64,000 nt of DNA from an uncultured Oscillospiraceae bacterium. Its GTDB lineage: Bacteria > Bacillota > Clostridia > Oscillospirales > JAAYXM01. Of the stretch, positions 8,668 to 20,407 are shown in pieces. How positions within the stretch are numbered: the first letter of the stretch is position 1; every line of letters begins with the position of its first letter. A program made the translations under genes and the position numbers. The stretch lies in assembly GCA_934646115.1 (NCBI GenBank), contig CAKUEM010000005.1, positions 3,514 through 67,513 of the forward strand. Reading direction: 5' to 3'. Under the pieces are notes generated by a model that was not told the DNA's origin, did not search any database, and worked only from the letters and a program-made list of their open reading frames with translations.

Positions 8668-10653
8668 TTATTTGACCAGTGCCTTCGCCTTTTCGACCAC
8701 ATGCTCCACCGTGAAGCCGAATTTCGGGAAGAGCTGCCCCGCCGGCGCAGACGCGCCGAACGTATTGATCGCGATGATATCGCCATCCAGCCCGACGTAT
8801 TTATCCCAGCCAAACGGCGACGCCGCCTCGATAGCAAGGCGCGCGCGCACATTCTTCGGCAGCACGCTCTCGCGATACTCCGCGCTCTGCATCTCAAACA
8901 GCGACATGGACGGCATGCTGACCACGCGCGCATCCACGCCGTCTTTCGCAAGCAGCGCATGCGCCTGATACGCAAGCGCGACCTCAGAGCCGGAGGCAAT
9001 CAGGATGACATCCGGGGTCTCTTTCTTCGAATCGAGCAGCACATATGCGCCCTTTAACGCCTCGCGGCTGCTCTCCGCATACTGCGGCAGGTTCTGGCGC
9101 GTGAGCGCAAGACCGACCGGATGCTTGCCGTTTGTGATCGCGTAATACCAGCCTGCGGCGGTCTCTGTCCCGTCCGCCGGGCGGAAGTCGATAAAGCCCG
9201 GGATCGAGCGCATCGCCGCCAGCTGCTCGATCGGCTGATGGGTCGGGCCATCCTCGCCGACGCCGATGCTGTCATGCGTTAAAATATAGGTGACCGGCTG
9301 ATTCATCAGCGCGGACAGGCGCATCGCCGGCTTCTCATAATCAGAGAACACAAAGAACGTGGCGTTATAAGCAAACAGGCCGCCATGCACAGAGATCGCG
9401 TTGGAGATCGCGCCCATCGCATGCTCGCGCACGCCGAAATGCAGGTTGTTGCCCGCATAATTCTCTTTGGAGAAATCGCCGCCGTCTTTCATATAGCTCT
9501 TGTTGGACGGCGCAAGATCCGCCGAGCCGCCAAACAGATTCGGCACGAATTTTGCCAGGCGGTTGAGTACCTCGCCCGAGGTCGCGCGCGTTGCCATCGG
9601 CTTGTCCTCAAAATGCCAGAATGCCTCGTCATCCAGCTTCGCCATGTCGATCTCGCCGGACATCCAGCGCTTCCACTCTGCCGCAAGCTCCGGATACTCT
9701 TTTGCGTAAGCGGCAAAATCGCGTTCCCACGCGTCGACATTTGCGTTGAGCGCATCGATCTTCTTCGCCATGAAATCCGCCACCTCGCGGGAAACATGGA
9801 ACTCCTCCTCCGGCATACCGAGCGTCTTTTTCAGCGCAACGATATTCTCCGCGCCAAGCGGCTCGCCGTGCGCAGATGCCTTGCCCGCCTTTGCCGGGCA
9901 GCCGAAGCCGATCACGGTTGTGATCTTGATCAGGGTCGGGCGCGCGGTCTCTGCCTTTGCCGCATCGATCGCCGCGTTGATCGCGTCGAGATCGTTGCCG
10001 TCTGCCACCTCAAGCGTCTGCCAGCCATAGGCCGCGAAGCGCGCGGTCACATCCTCGGTAAACGCGATGTCGGTGTTGCCCTCGATCGTGATCGAGTTGG
10101 AATCATACAGCACGATCAGCTTGCCGAGCCCAAGCGTCCCCGCAAGCGAAGCCGCCTCGGCAGACACGCCCTCCATCAGGCAGCCGTCGCCGCACAGCAC
10201 ATAGGTGTGATGGTCTACGATTTTATGATCCTCGCGGTTGAATTTCGCCGCGAGATGCGCCTCTGCCATCGCGAAGCCCACGCCGTTTGCGATGCCCTGA
10301 CCGAGCGGTCCGGTCGTGATCTCCACGCCGCGGGTGTGGCCGTATTCCGGATGTCCGGGCGTGCGGCTGTCAAGCTGGCGGAAGTTTTTTAAATCCTCGA
10401 TATTCAGCCCATAACCGAACAGATGGAACAGGCTGTAGATCAGAGCCGAGCCATGCCCCGCAGAAAGAATGAATCGGTCGCGATCCGCCCAATCGAGTGC
10501 CTTCGGGCTGTGCTTCATCTGGTTGCCCCAAACCGCGTATGCGATCGGCGCGGCGCCGAGCGGAAGCCCCGGATGCCCGGAATTCGCCCTCTGCACCATC
10601 TCGGCGGACAGCACGCGAAGAGTATTGACTGCGCTTTGATCCATGTTATGCAT
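8668..10653 (-). CDS. tkt: Transketolase
   Basis: 661 aa. Reads ANSGHPGLPLGAAPIAY, SAGHGSALIYSLFHLFGY, CGDGCLMEGVS and THDSIGVGEDGPTHQPIEQ. GAGGTG RBS 8 nt before the ATG. Confidence 0.95.
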   Translation of the reverse strand: MHNMDQSAVNTLRVLSAEMVQRANSGHPGLPLGAAPIAYAVWGNQMKHSPKALDWADRDRFILSAGHGSALIYSLFHLFGYGLNIEDLKNFRQLDSRTPGHPEYGHTRGVEITTGPLGQGIANGVGFAMAEAHLAAKFNREDHKIVDHHTYVLCGDGCLMEGVSAEAASLAGTLGLGKLIVLYDSNSITIEGNTDIAFTEDVTARFAAYGWQTLEVADGNDLDAINAAIDAAKAETARPTLIKITTVIGFGCPAKAGKASAHGEPLGAENIVALKKTLGMPEEEFHVSREVADFMAKKIDALNANVDAWERDFAAYAKEYPELAAEWKRWMSGEIDMAKLDDEAFWHFEDKPMATRATSGEVLNRLAKFVPNLFGGSADLAPSNKSYMKDGGDFSKENYAGNNLHFGVREHAMGAISNAISVHGGLFAYNATFFVFSDYEKPAMRLSALMNQPVTYILTHDSIGVGEDGPTHQPIEQLAAMRSIPGFIDFRPADGTETAAGWYYAITNGKHPVGLALTRQNLPQYAESSREALKGAYVLLDSKKETPDVILIASGSEVALAYQAHALLAKDGVDARVVSMPSMSLFEMQSAEYRESVLPKNVRARLAIEAASPFGWDKYVGLDGDIIAINTFGASAPAGQLFPKFGFTVEHVVEKAKALVK

Positions 10654-10881
10654 AGTTTTTTCACCTCGTCAGTTTTATCCATGGGATATTCCCGCGCTTT
10701 TGGGCGCATCCGCCGCAAAAACGGCGCAGGTATTTTTTATATGAGGTTATTATACACTAAAATTGCGCAATTGTATAATGAAATTTTTGTTTTTTTGCAA
10801 TTTTTCTTCCCCGGCGGAAATTTTGCGCCGCGCGTATGCTTTTCCGCGTTTTCGGAAAGCATGATATCGGCAAAAAAAATG

Positions 10882-10910
10882 TTTACTTTGTACTATTATT
10901 ATGTTATAAT
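10882..10910 (+). promoter_or_regulatory. Candidate sigmaA promoter for rpsO (TTTACT-17-TATAAT)
   Basis: TTTACT at 10882-10887, a 17-nt spacer, TATAAT at 10905-10910. It lies about 135 nt upstream of the rpsO start. Confidence 0.5.
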
Positions 10911-11043
10911 GCTTTGGAAAGCGCGTGTGCGCTTCTGCGCCTCTCACCTGTGTTTTAGGATAAAAGCTTGGTAACCCAAGGTTTTCACCCACCTAAAACT
11001 CGGATCTGCGGGCAAAAAAATTTATAGAAAGGTGAAATGCAGG
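10911..11043 (+). promoter_or_regulatory. Structured rpsO 5' leader with anti-SD segments
   Basis: Local hairpins are aagcgc/gcgctt and cttgg/ccaag, and gttttagg pairs with cctaaaac. Two segments (tcacct, tttcacc) are complementary to the rpsO SD AGGTGAAA. Confidence 0.4.
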
Positions 11044-11310
11044 ATGATTTTAAAAGAGCAGAAAACCGCTGTGATCGAAAAGAATCGCACCCATCCGACC
11101 GACACCGGCTCGCCGGAAGTTCAGATCGCGATTCTGACCGAGCGCATCGCTCAGCTCACCGAGCATCTGAAGGTCCACCACAAGGATAACCATTCCCGCC
11201 GTGGTCTTTTACAGATGGTTGGTAAGCGCCGTAACCTTTTAAACTACCTCGCAAAGAAGGATATCGAGCGTTATCGCGCGATCGTCGCGAAGCTGGGCCT
11301 GAGAAAGTAA
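11044..11310 (+). CDS. rpsO: 30S ribosomal protein S15
   Basis: [51 protein letters not shown]. 88 aa from the ATG at 11044, with AAAGGTGA RBS. Confidence 0.95.
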   Translation: MILKEQKTAVIEKNRTHPTDTGSPEVQIAILTERIAQLTEHLKVHHKDNHSRRGLLQMVGKRRNLLNYLAKKDIERYRAIVAKLGLRK

Positions 11311-11318
11311 AAGGACAT

Positions 11319-11460
11319 GGGGTAAGATGCGGCAATGCGCTGCATCTTACCCCTGTGCTGTCTGAGTGGCTGCTGCGTAGCGGTGTTTAGCAGTTGAAGC
11401 TGCGTCTGACCCGTCGGGGGCAGCTTCAAATGCTAAACCTGCGCTTCTCTCACTCAGGCG
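11319..11460 (+). promoter_or_regulatory. rpsO-pnp intergenic stem-loops (attenuator / processing-site candidate)
   Basis: 12-bp hairpin ggggtaagatgc/gcatcttacccc (11319-11353). A long stem follows: gtttagca+gttgaagctgc pairs with gcagcttcaa+tgctaaac (11385-11438, one mismatch). It is extended by ctgagtg/cactcag. Confidence 0.5.
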
Positions 11461-11485
11461 GTCACGTTTGAAAGGAGAAACGACT

Positions 11486-13618
11486 ATGATGAAAAAAATG
11501 GAATTCCCCAAGTACAAAACATATGAAACCGAATTCGCCGGCCGCAAGCTGGTCGTTGAAACCGGGAAAATGGCGGGACTTGCCAACGGCTCCTGCCTCG
11601 TGCGCTACGGTGAGACCGTGGTGTTGGTCACGGCGACCGCATCGGAGAAGCCGCGCGCCGGGATCGATTTCTTCCCGCTTTCGGTTGATTTTGAAGAACG
11701 CTTATATTCCGTCGGCCGCATCCCGGGCAGCTTTATGCGCCGTGAGGGTCGCCCGAGCGAGCGCGCAATTTTGGCGTCACGCCTGATCGACCGTCCGACC
11801 CGACCGCTCTTCCCCTCTGATATGAGAAACGACGTGGCGATCGCTGCGACCGTTCTTTCGATCGATAACGAATGCCTGCCGGAGATCGTTGCCATGATCG
11901 GTACCTCGATCTCGCTTTCGATCTCTGATATTCCATGGGGCGGACCGATCGCGGGCGTAAATGTCGGCTATGTCGACGGTGCGTTTGTGTTAAACCCGAA
12001 TTCCGCACAGCGCGAGAAGAGCACGCTGAATCTGACCGTGGCGGGCACGGCGGAAAAGGTCGTCATGATCGAAGCGGGCGCAGACCAGATCCCCGAGGAT
12101 ACCATGTACGATGGGATCATGCTGGCGCATGAGGAAGTAAAAAAGCTCGTTCGTTTTATCAATGAGATCAAGGCGGAGATCGGACTTCCGAAGTTTGACT
12201 ATGCTAAGGCCGCGTTTGATGCGGATTTATATGAAGATGTGAAGGCGTATGCGATCGACAAGGTTCGTTATTGCATGGATACCGACGATAAGCTCGTGCG
12301 CGATGAGCGCCTGCGCGAGCTGACCGCTGAGCTGGTTGAGAAATTCTCTGAGACGTATCCGGAGTGCGAGGCGTATCTCGGCGAGTGTCTCTATAAAATT
12401 CAGAAAATCGTTGTGCGCGAATGGCTGCTTGCCGGCAAGCGCGTGGATGGCCGCGCGATGGACGAGGTTCGCCCGCTTGCGGCAGAGGTTGGCGTTCTGC
12501 CGAGAACGCACGGTTCGGGCATGTTTACCCGCGGGCAGACGCAGGTTCTCACCACCGCCACGCTCGGCACAATTTCTGACCAGCAGAAGCTTGACACGAT
12601 TTATGAAGAAGAATTCAAGCGCTATATCCACCATTATAACTTCCCGTCCTACTCGGTCGGCGAGGCGCGGCCGAGCCGCGGCCCGGGTCGCCGCGAGATC
12701 GGGCACGGCGCGCTGGCTGAGCGTGCGCTCGTTCCGGTCATTCCGAGCGAGGAGGAGTTCCCGTATTCGATCCGCCTGGTCTCTGAGGTATTAAGCTCAA
12801 ACGGCTCGACGTCGCAGGGCTCGATCTGCGGCTCTACGCTTGCGCTGATGGATGCGGGCGTGCCGATCAAGGCGCCGGTCGCGGGCATCTCCTGCGGTCT
12901 GGTCACGAAGGACGATCAGTGGCACACGTTTATTGATATCCAGGGCGTGGAGGATTTCTACGGCGATATGGACTTCAAGGTTGCCGGCACCAAGGCGGGT
13001 ATCACCGCCATTCAGATGGACTTAAAGACCGACGGTTTAACGCCGGAGATCATTCGCAGCGCGCTGACCATTACGCGTGACGCGCGTTACCGCATTTTAG
13101 ACGAGATCATGCTCCCCTGCATCGCTGCGCCGCGCGCTGAGCTTTCCAAATACGCGCCGAAGATGCTGCATATGATGATCGATCCGGACAAGATCCGCGA
13201 CGTGATCGGCAAGGGCGGCAGCGTGATCCAGAAGATCGTTGCCGATACCGGCGCAAAGGTCGATATTGAGGACGACGGCAGCGTTTACATCTCAAGCTCT
13301 GATCAGGAAGCCTGCGAGAAGGCGAAAAAGACGATCGAGGCGATCGTGCTCGATCCGGAGATCGGCGCGCTTTATTACGGCAAGGTCGTTCGCCTGATGA
13401 CGTTTGGCGCGTTTGTTGAGATCGCCCCGGGCAAGGACGGTCTGGTTCATATCTCCAAGCTGGAGAACCGCCGCGTCGAGAAGGTGGAGGACGTGCTCAA
13501 CGTGGGCGATATGACCTGGGTCAAGGTCACGGAGATCGACGATAAGGGCCGCATCAACCTCTCCCGCAAGGATGCGTATAACGAGCTCGCCGCAAAGGAA
13601 GCGAAGGAGCAGAAGTAA
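11486..13618 (+). CDS. pnp: Polynucleotide phosphorylase
   Basis: Two RNase PH domains plus KH and S1 domains: ..GRKLVVETGKMAGLANGS.., ..MDFKVAGTKAGITAIQMD.., ..GKVVRLMTFGAFVEI.PGKDGLVHIS. Start taken at the ATG at 11486, after AAAGGAG. Confidence 0.95.
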   Translation: MMKKMEFPKYKTYETEFAGRKLVVETGKMAGLANGSCLVRYGETVVLVTATASEKPRAGIDFFPLSVDFEERLYSVGRIPGSFMRREGRPSERAILASRLIDRPTRPLFPSDMRNDVAIAATVLSIDNECLPEIVAMIGTSISLSISDIPWGGPIAGVNVGYVDGAFVLNPNSAQREKSTLNLTVAGTAEKVVMIEAGADQIPEDTMYDGIMLAHEEVKKLVRFINEIKAEIGLPKFDYAKAAFDADLYEDVKAYAIDKVRYCMDTDDKLVRDERLRELTAELVEKFSETYPECEAYLGECLYKIQKIVVREWLLAGKRVDGRAMDEVRPLAAEVGVLPRTHGSGMFTRGQTQVLTTATLGTISDQQKLDTIYEEEFKRYIHHYNFPSYSVGEARPSRGPGRREIGHGALAERALVPVIPSEEEFPYSIRLVSEVLSSNGSTSQGSICGSTLALMDAGVPIKAPVAGISCGLVTKDDQWHTFIDIQGVEDFYGDMDFKVAGTKAGITAIQMDLKTDGLTPEIIRSALTITRDARYRILDEIMLPCIAAPRAELSKYAPKMLHMMIDPDKIRDVIGKGGSVIQKIVADTGAKVDIEDDGSVYISSSDQEACEKAKKTIEAIVLDPEIGALYYGKVVRLMTFGAFVEIAPGKDGLVHISKLENRRVEKVEDVLNVGDMTWVKVTEIDDKGRINLSRKDAYNELAAKEAKEQK

Positions 13619-13697
13619 TATCCCCTGTTCTATCAAAACAAACAGAAGGCGCGGTGCGTGCTTTACGCGCTGCGCCTTTTTCATGGAGTGATCTGCT

Positions 13698-14945
13698 GTG
13701 ATAGAAACCATTACGCTCCCCAACGGAGTGCGCATCGTGTATGAGCGGCTTTCGCATGTACGCAGCGCCGCGATCGGCATTTGGGTCGCCTGCGGCACGC
13801 GGCATGAACAGAGCGTGACAAACGGAATTTCCCATTTTATCGAGCATATGGTGTTTAAAGGCACAAAAACGCGCACCGCGCGGCAAATTGCGGAGGAAAT
13901 GGACGAAATCGGCGGCGCGATCAATGCGTTTACCGCGATGCAGTGTACCTGCTTTTACGCGCAAGCGCTGGACACACACATCCTGCGCGCGGCGGATGTT
14001 TTGTGCGATCTGTATTTTGACGCGGCGTTTCGCCCGGAGGATATCGAGCTGGAGCGCGGCGTAATTTCCGAGGAGATCAATATGTATCTCGACTCGCCGG
14101 AGGATCTGGTGTGCGATCGGATGCTTGAGGCGGTCTATTCTGACACGCCGCTCGGGCGCCCGATCCTCGGCACAAAAGAGAGTATTTCTCGCATCGATCA
14201 GGCAGCATTGTGCCAATTCCGCGCGAAAAATTATACCGCGGGCGCGACCGTGGTCTCCGTGTCCGGCAGCTTTGATGATTCTTTGATCGAGGCTCTCAAG
14301 GCGCAGTTTTCCGCCATGCCGGCAGCCACCGCGCCGCGCTCTGCCCGCGCGGAATATCGGCGCGCAGTCACTTGTTATTCCAAGGAGACCGAGCAGAATC
14401 ATTTGTGCATCGCCTTCCCCGCGTTTTCCTATTATTCCGAAAAGCGCTATGCGCTGCAAATGCTAAATTCGATTCTGGGCGGCAGCATGTCCTCCCGCCT
14501 GTTTCAGCGCGTGCGCGAGGAGGCGGGGCTGTGCTACAGCATTTCCAGCTTTTCCAGCTGTTATGAAGATACCGGGCTGTTTTCTATCTACACCGCGCTC
14601 GGGCGCGAGACAGAACGCGCGGCGCTTCAGCTGATCCGCGAGGAGCTGTGCCGCGTCAAAGATGGCGACGTGACCGAGCGTGAGCTTGCCCGCGCGCGCG
14701 AGCAGCATAAGGCGAATCTGCTAATGGGCATGGAGAGCACCGGAAAGCGCATGACGCACCAGGCGCACTGCATGCTGCGCTACAATCAATTGCCGGACAT
14801 CGACGCGCTGATCGCCGCAACAGATGCAGTTACCTGCGAGGACATCACTGCGCTTGCGCAGGAGCTGTTTCGCTTTCAGAACGCGTCCTTCTCCGGCGTG
14901 GGTACGCTGCAACCGAAAAAGTATCTCTGGTTTTTTGAAGAATAA
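13698..14945 (+). CDS. M16-family (insulinase-like) zinc peptidase
   Basis: HxxEH motif GISHFIEHMVFKGT. 415 aa, GTG start after GGAGTG. Confidence 0.85.
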   Translation: MIETITLPNGVRIVYERLSHVRSAAIGIWVACGTRHEQSVTNGISHFIEHMVFKGTKTRTARQIAEEMDEIGGAINAFTAMQCTCFYAQALDTHILRAADVLCDLYFDAAFRPEDIELERGVISEEINMYLDSPEDLVCDRMLEAVYSDTPLGRPILGTKESISRIDQAALCQFRAKNYTAGATVVSVSGSFDDSLIEALKAQFSAMPAATAPRSARAEYRRAVTCYSKETEQNHLCIAFPAFSYYSEKRYALQMLNSILGGSMSSRLFQRVREEAGLCYSISSFSSCYEDTGLFSIYTALGRETERAALQLIREELCRVKDGDVTERELARAREQHKANLLMGMESTGKRMTHQAHCMLRYNQLPDIDALIAATDAVTCEDITALAQELFRFQNASFSGVGTLQPKKYLWFFEE

Positions 14946-14980
14946 CGCCGTTTTTCCCAGCTGCCGCGGCATAGAAATCA

Positions 14981-15027
14981 AAACGCTGCCCCAGCTCGTG
15001 TGATGCACACGGGTCGGGGCAGCGTTT
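14981..15027. terminator. Bidirectional terminator between the M16 peptidase and atpC
   Basis: aaacgctgcccc...ggggcagcgttt with inner cgtgtg/cacacg pairing. A-run on the left, T-rich on the right. Confidence 0.75.
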
Positions 15028-15029
15028 CT

Positions 15030-17747
<2,718 letters not shown>

Positions 17748-17751
<4 letters not shown>

Positions 17752-19508
17752 TCACCACGCTTTCCGTCTGCCAGATACTGCTCATGAAAGCGCTTGCCAA
17801 GCGCGAGGATCTGCTCCTTCTCCTCGTCAGAGAGCGTCCCGGTCGCATCGATGCGCTGGCACAGCTCCGCCTCGTTCTCCTCAGCAAATTGCAAAAGCCG
17901 CGCGCGATACGCCTCGATCTGCTCCGGCGGAATGTCCTGCAGCTCATGCCCGAGCGCAACAACAAGCATGATGACCTGCTGATGCTGCGAAAACGGATGA
18001 TACTGTTTCTGCCGCAGAAGCCGCATCAGCCCCTGACCGTAAAACAGCTGCCGCTTGGTCGCCGCGTCCAAATCGCTGGAAAACTGCGTAAATACCTCCA
18101 TCTCGCGGTACTGCGCAAGATCCAGCCGGATCGCGCCCGCCGCGCGCTTCATCGCCTTTGTCTGCGCATCGCCGCCCACGCGGGACACGGAAAGCCCCAC
18201 GTTGACCGCCGGTCGCTGCCCGGCGAAAAACAGATCACTTTCCAGAAAGATCTGCCCATCGGTGATCGAGATAATATTCGTCGGGATATAGGCAGACACA
18301 TCGCCCGCCTGCGTTTCAACGATCGGAAGCGCGGTCATGCTGCCGCCGCCCAGCTCGTCGGACAGATGCGCCGAGCGCTCAAGCAGGCGGGAATGCAGAT
18401 AAAACACATCGCCCGGATACGCCTCGCGCCCGGGGCTTCGCTCAAGCAGCAGGCTGAGCGCGCGGTAGGCGATCGCATGCTTTGACAGGTCGTCATACAC
18501 GATCAGCACGTCACGCCCCTGATGCATAAAATATTCGCCCAGCGCGCAGCCCGCGTATGGCGCGATATACTGCATCGACGCGCTCGCCGCCGCAGATGCG
18601 TTGACCACAACGGTATATTCCATCGCGCCGCGCCGTGTCAGGTTGCCCACCAGCTGCGCGACCGAGCTTGCCTTCTGCCCGATCGCCACATAGACACACA
18701 CCACATTTTTGCCTTTTTGGTTTAAAATCGTGTCGATCGCGATCGCGGTCTTTCCGGTCTGCCGGTCGCCAATGATCAGCTCGCGCTGACCGCGCCCGAT
18801 TGGGAACATCGAATCGATCGCGAGCAGCCCGGTCTCCATCGGCGTATTGACCGGCTGCCGCTCTAAAATACCGGGTGCTGCCGCCTCGATCGGGCGATAA
18901 CCCTCCGCGCGGATCTCGCCCTTGCCATCGATCGGCTGCCCGAGCGCGTCGATCACGCGCCCCAAAAACGCCTCGCCGACCGGCATTCCGGCGGTTTTCC
19001 CGGTGCGGCGGACAATGCTGCCCTCCACGATCTCATCGCTTTCGCCAAACAGCACGCAGCCGATGCGATCCTCGCGCAGATCCTGCACCATGCCCTTGAT
19101 CCCGCTGGAAAAAAGCAGGATTTCGCCGTATTCCGCCGTGGGCAGCCCTTGGATCGTTGCGATTTCATCGCCCACGGTGAGCACACTTCCGTTTTCCTCC
19201 GGAACGACGGACGGCGTCCAGTTTTTCACGGTCTCGCGCATGAGCGGAAGCACATGCTCACCGCCCGGATCCAGCTGCTGCATCCGCTCACGGAACTGGC
19301 GCACGCGCCCCTCAAGGCTCCAGTCATAGACATCTGCGCCGACCGTCATGCGGAAGCCGCCCGAAAGCGTTTCATCGCGCTCCCAGCTCAGCGTGACGGG
19401 CGTTTGATATTTTTTTTGCAAAAAGCGAAGAAAACGCTGCTCTTGCGCCGCGCTGGGCGCGGTATCGCTTTGCAGAACCGCATGCAGTGCCTTCTCAGGA
19501 GTGCTCAT
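17748..19508 (-). CDS. atpA: F1 ATP synthase alpha subunit with an N-terminal delta (OSCP) C-terminal-domain-like extension
   Basis: 586 aa against about 500 for typical alpha subunits. Residues about 90-586 are canonical alpha (GDRQTGKTAIAIDTILNQ). Residues 1 to about 85 read ..SAAQEQRFLRFLQKKYQTPVTLSWERDETLSGGFRMTVGADVYDWSLEGRVRQFRERM, like the C-terminal half of delta. The start overlaps the atpF stop (ATGA). There is no separate atpH ORF. Confidence 0.85.
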
Positions 19509-20005
19509 TTTTGCTCGCCCTCCTTCTCCGCCAGATCCAGGAAACGGTCGAACGCGTCGCCGCTCGAGGTCAAAACCAGCTTCTCCGTCGCCTCCACGGC
19601 AAGATCACGCACCTGCTCGCGCGCCTCCTCCATGATCTTATCGCGGCTGCGCGCCGCCTGTGCTTCCGCCTCAGACACGATATGCTCCGCCTGAGCGCGC
19701 GCGGCGTCGAGCTGTTCTGCCGCAGCCGCCTGCGCCTTCCGCTGGCTCTGCTTGCGCGCAAGCGCCAGCTCCTCCTCCGAGTCGTCAAGCTTCTTTTGAT
19801 ACTCCGCATGGAGCTTCTCCGCCGCCTGATTCATCTGCTCTGCCGCGGCCGCCTGCTCGGCATAATACGCCTCGCGCTTTGCCATAAACGCCTTGACCGG
19901 ACGATACAGCAGAAAATACAGCCCACCCGCCAGGATCACAAAATTCATCAGGTGCAGCAGGATCTGCTGCCAGTCGATATTCAATGGGATATTCACAATA
20001 CCCAC
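19505..20005 (-). CDS. atpF: Fo ATP synthase b subunit
   Basis: 166 aa. One N-terminal TM helix (LLHLMNFVILAGGLYFLLY) followed by a long Ala/Glu/Lys-rich helix. Confidence 0.9.
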   Translation of the reverse strand: MGIVNIPLNIDWQQILLHLMNFVILAGGLYFLLYRPVKAFMAKREAYYAEQAAAAEQMNQAAEKLHAEYQKKLDDSEEELALARKQSQRKAQAAAAEQLDAARAQAEHIVSEAEAQAARSRDKIMEEAREQVRDLAVEATEKLVLTSSGDAFDRFLDLAEKEGEQK

Positions 20006-20010
20006 CTGCC

Positions 20011-20382
20011 TTACAGAACAAAGATAATCAAAATCACCGCCAGAAGCGCGTAAATGATCGCGGTTTCAATAAACACAAGACCGAGCATCAGCGTGGTGCG
20101 GATCTTGCCCTCCGCCTCCGGCTGGCGCGCGATGCCCTCTGCCGATTTGCTGATCGCAAGACCCATCGCGACCGCGCCGCCCGCCGCGGCAAGACCGATC
20201 GCGATCGCCGAGGCGATCGCCTTATAAGACGTCGTGTTATCCGCCGTTTGAACCTGCTGCGTCTCCTGCGTGTCCGCCGGGCTGTCCGCCGTTGCGGCAA
20301 AGGCAGAAACCGCCAGTGCGCTGATCAGCAGCACAGAGAGCAGCAGCACATGAAATTTCTTGCAATACATCAACTTTTTCAT
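20011..20382 (-). CDS. atpE: Fo ATP synthase c subunit with a signal-peptide-like N-terminal extension
   Basis: Start taken at MKKLMYCKK.. (GGAGGG RBS) rather than the track start at 20439. The C-terminal 75 aa form a normal c hairpin: IGLAAAGGAVAMGLAISKSAEGIARQPEAEG..LGLVFIETAIIYALL. The N-terminal ~50 aa are FHVLLLSVLLISALAVSAFA followed by ATADSPADTQ. Confidence 0.85.
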   Translation of the reverse strand: MKKLMYCKKFHVLLLSVLLISALAVSAFAATADSPADTQETQQVQTADNTTSYKAIASAIAIGLAAAGGAVAMGLAISKSAEGIARQPEAEGKIRTTLMLGLVFIETAIIYALLAVILIIFVL

Positions 20383-20407
20383 AAGAGATCCCTCCAAATT
20401 ATTTTTA

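Noticed and set aside
9385-10392. Long antisense ORFs inside GC-rich genes. Examples: 9385-10392 opposite tkt, 13554-14459 opposite the M16 peptidase, 17694-18485 opposite atpA, 30030-30782 opposite phoR, 38114-38959 and 39819-40775 opposite hydA/hydB, 44983-45987 opposite the GT28 gene, and 56482-57561 opposite the GT4-CsaB gene.
   Set aside because: Their translations are Arg/His/Ala-rich and low in complexity, with no motifs or RBS. Each fully overlaps a confidently identified gene on the other strand. These are typical shadow ORFs of high-GC DNA.
20011-20232. Possible Na+ specificity of the c subunit (..FIETAIIY.. has the E-T and Y of the Na+ motif).
   Set aside because: The helix-1 position corresponding to the Na+-ligating Gln (GxGQG in Ilyobacter) is Met here (AVAMGLA). 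The full Na+ motif is therefore incomplete, and ion specificity cannot be called from sequence.
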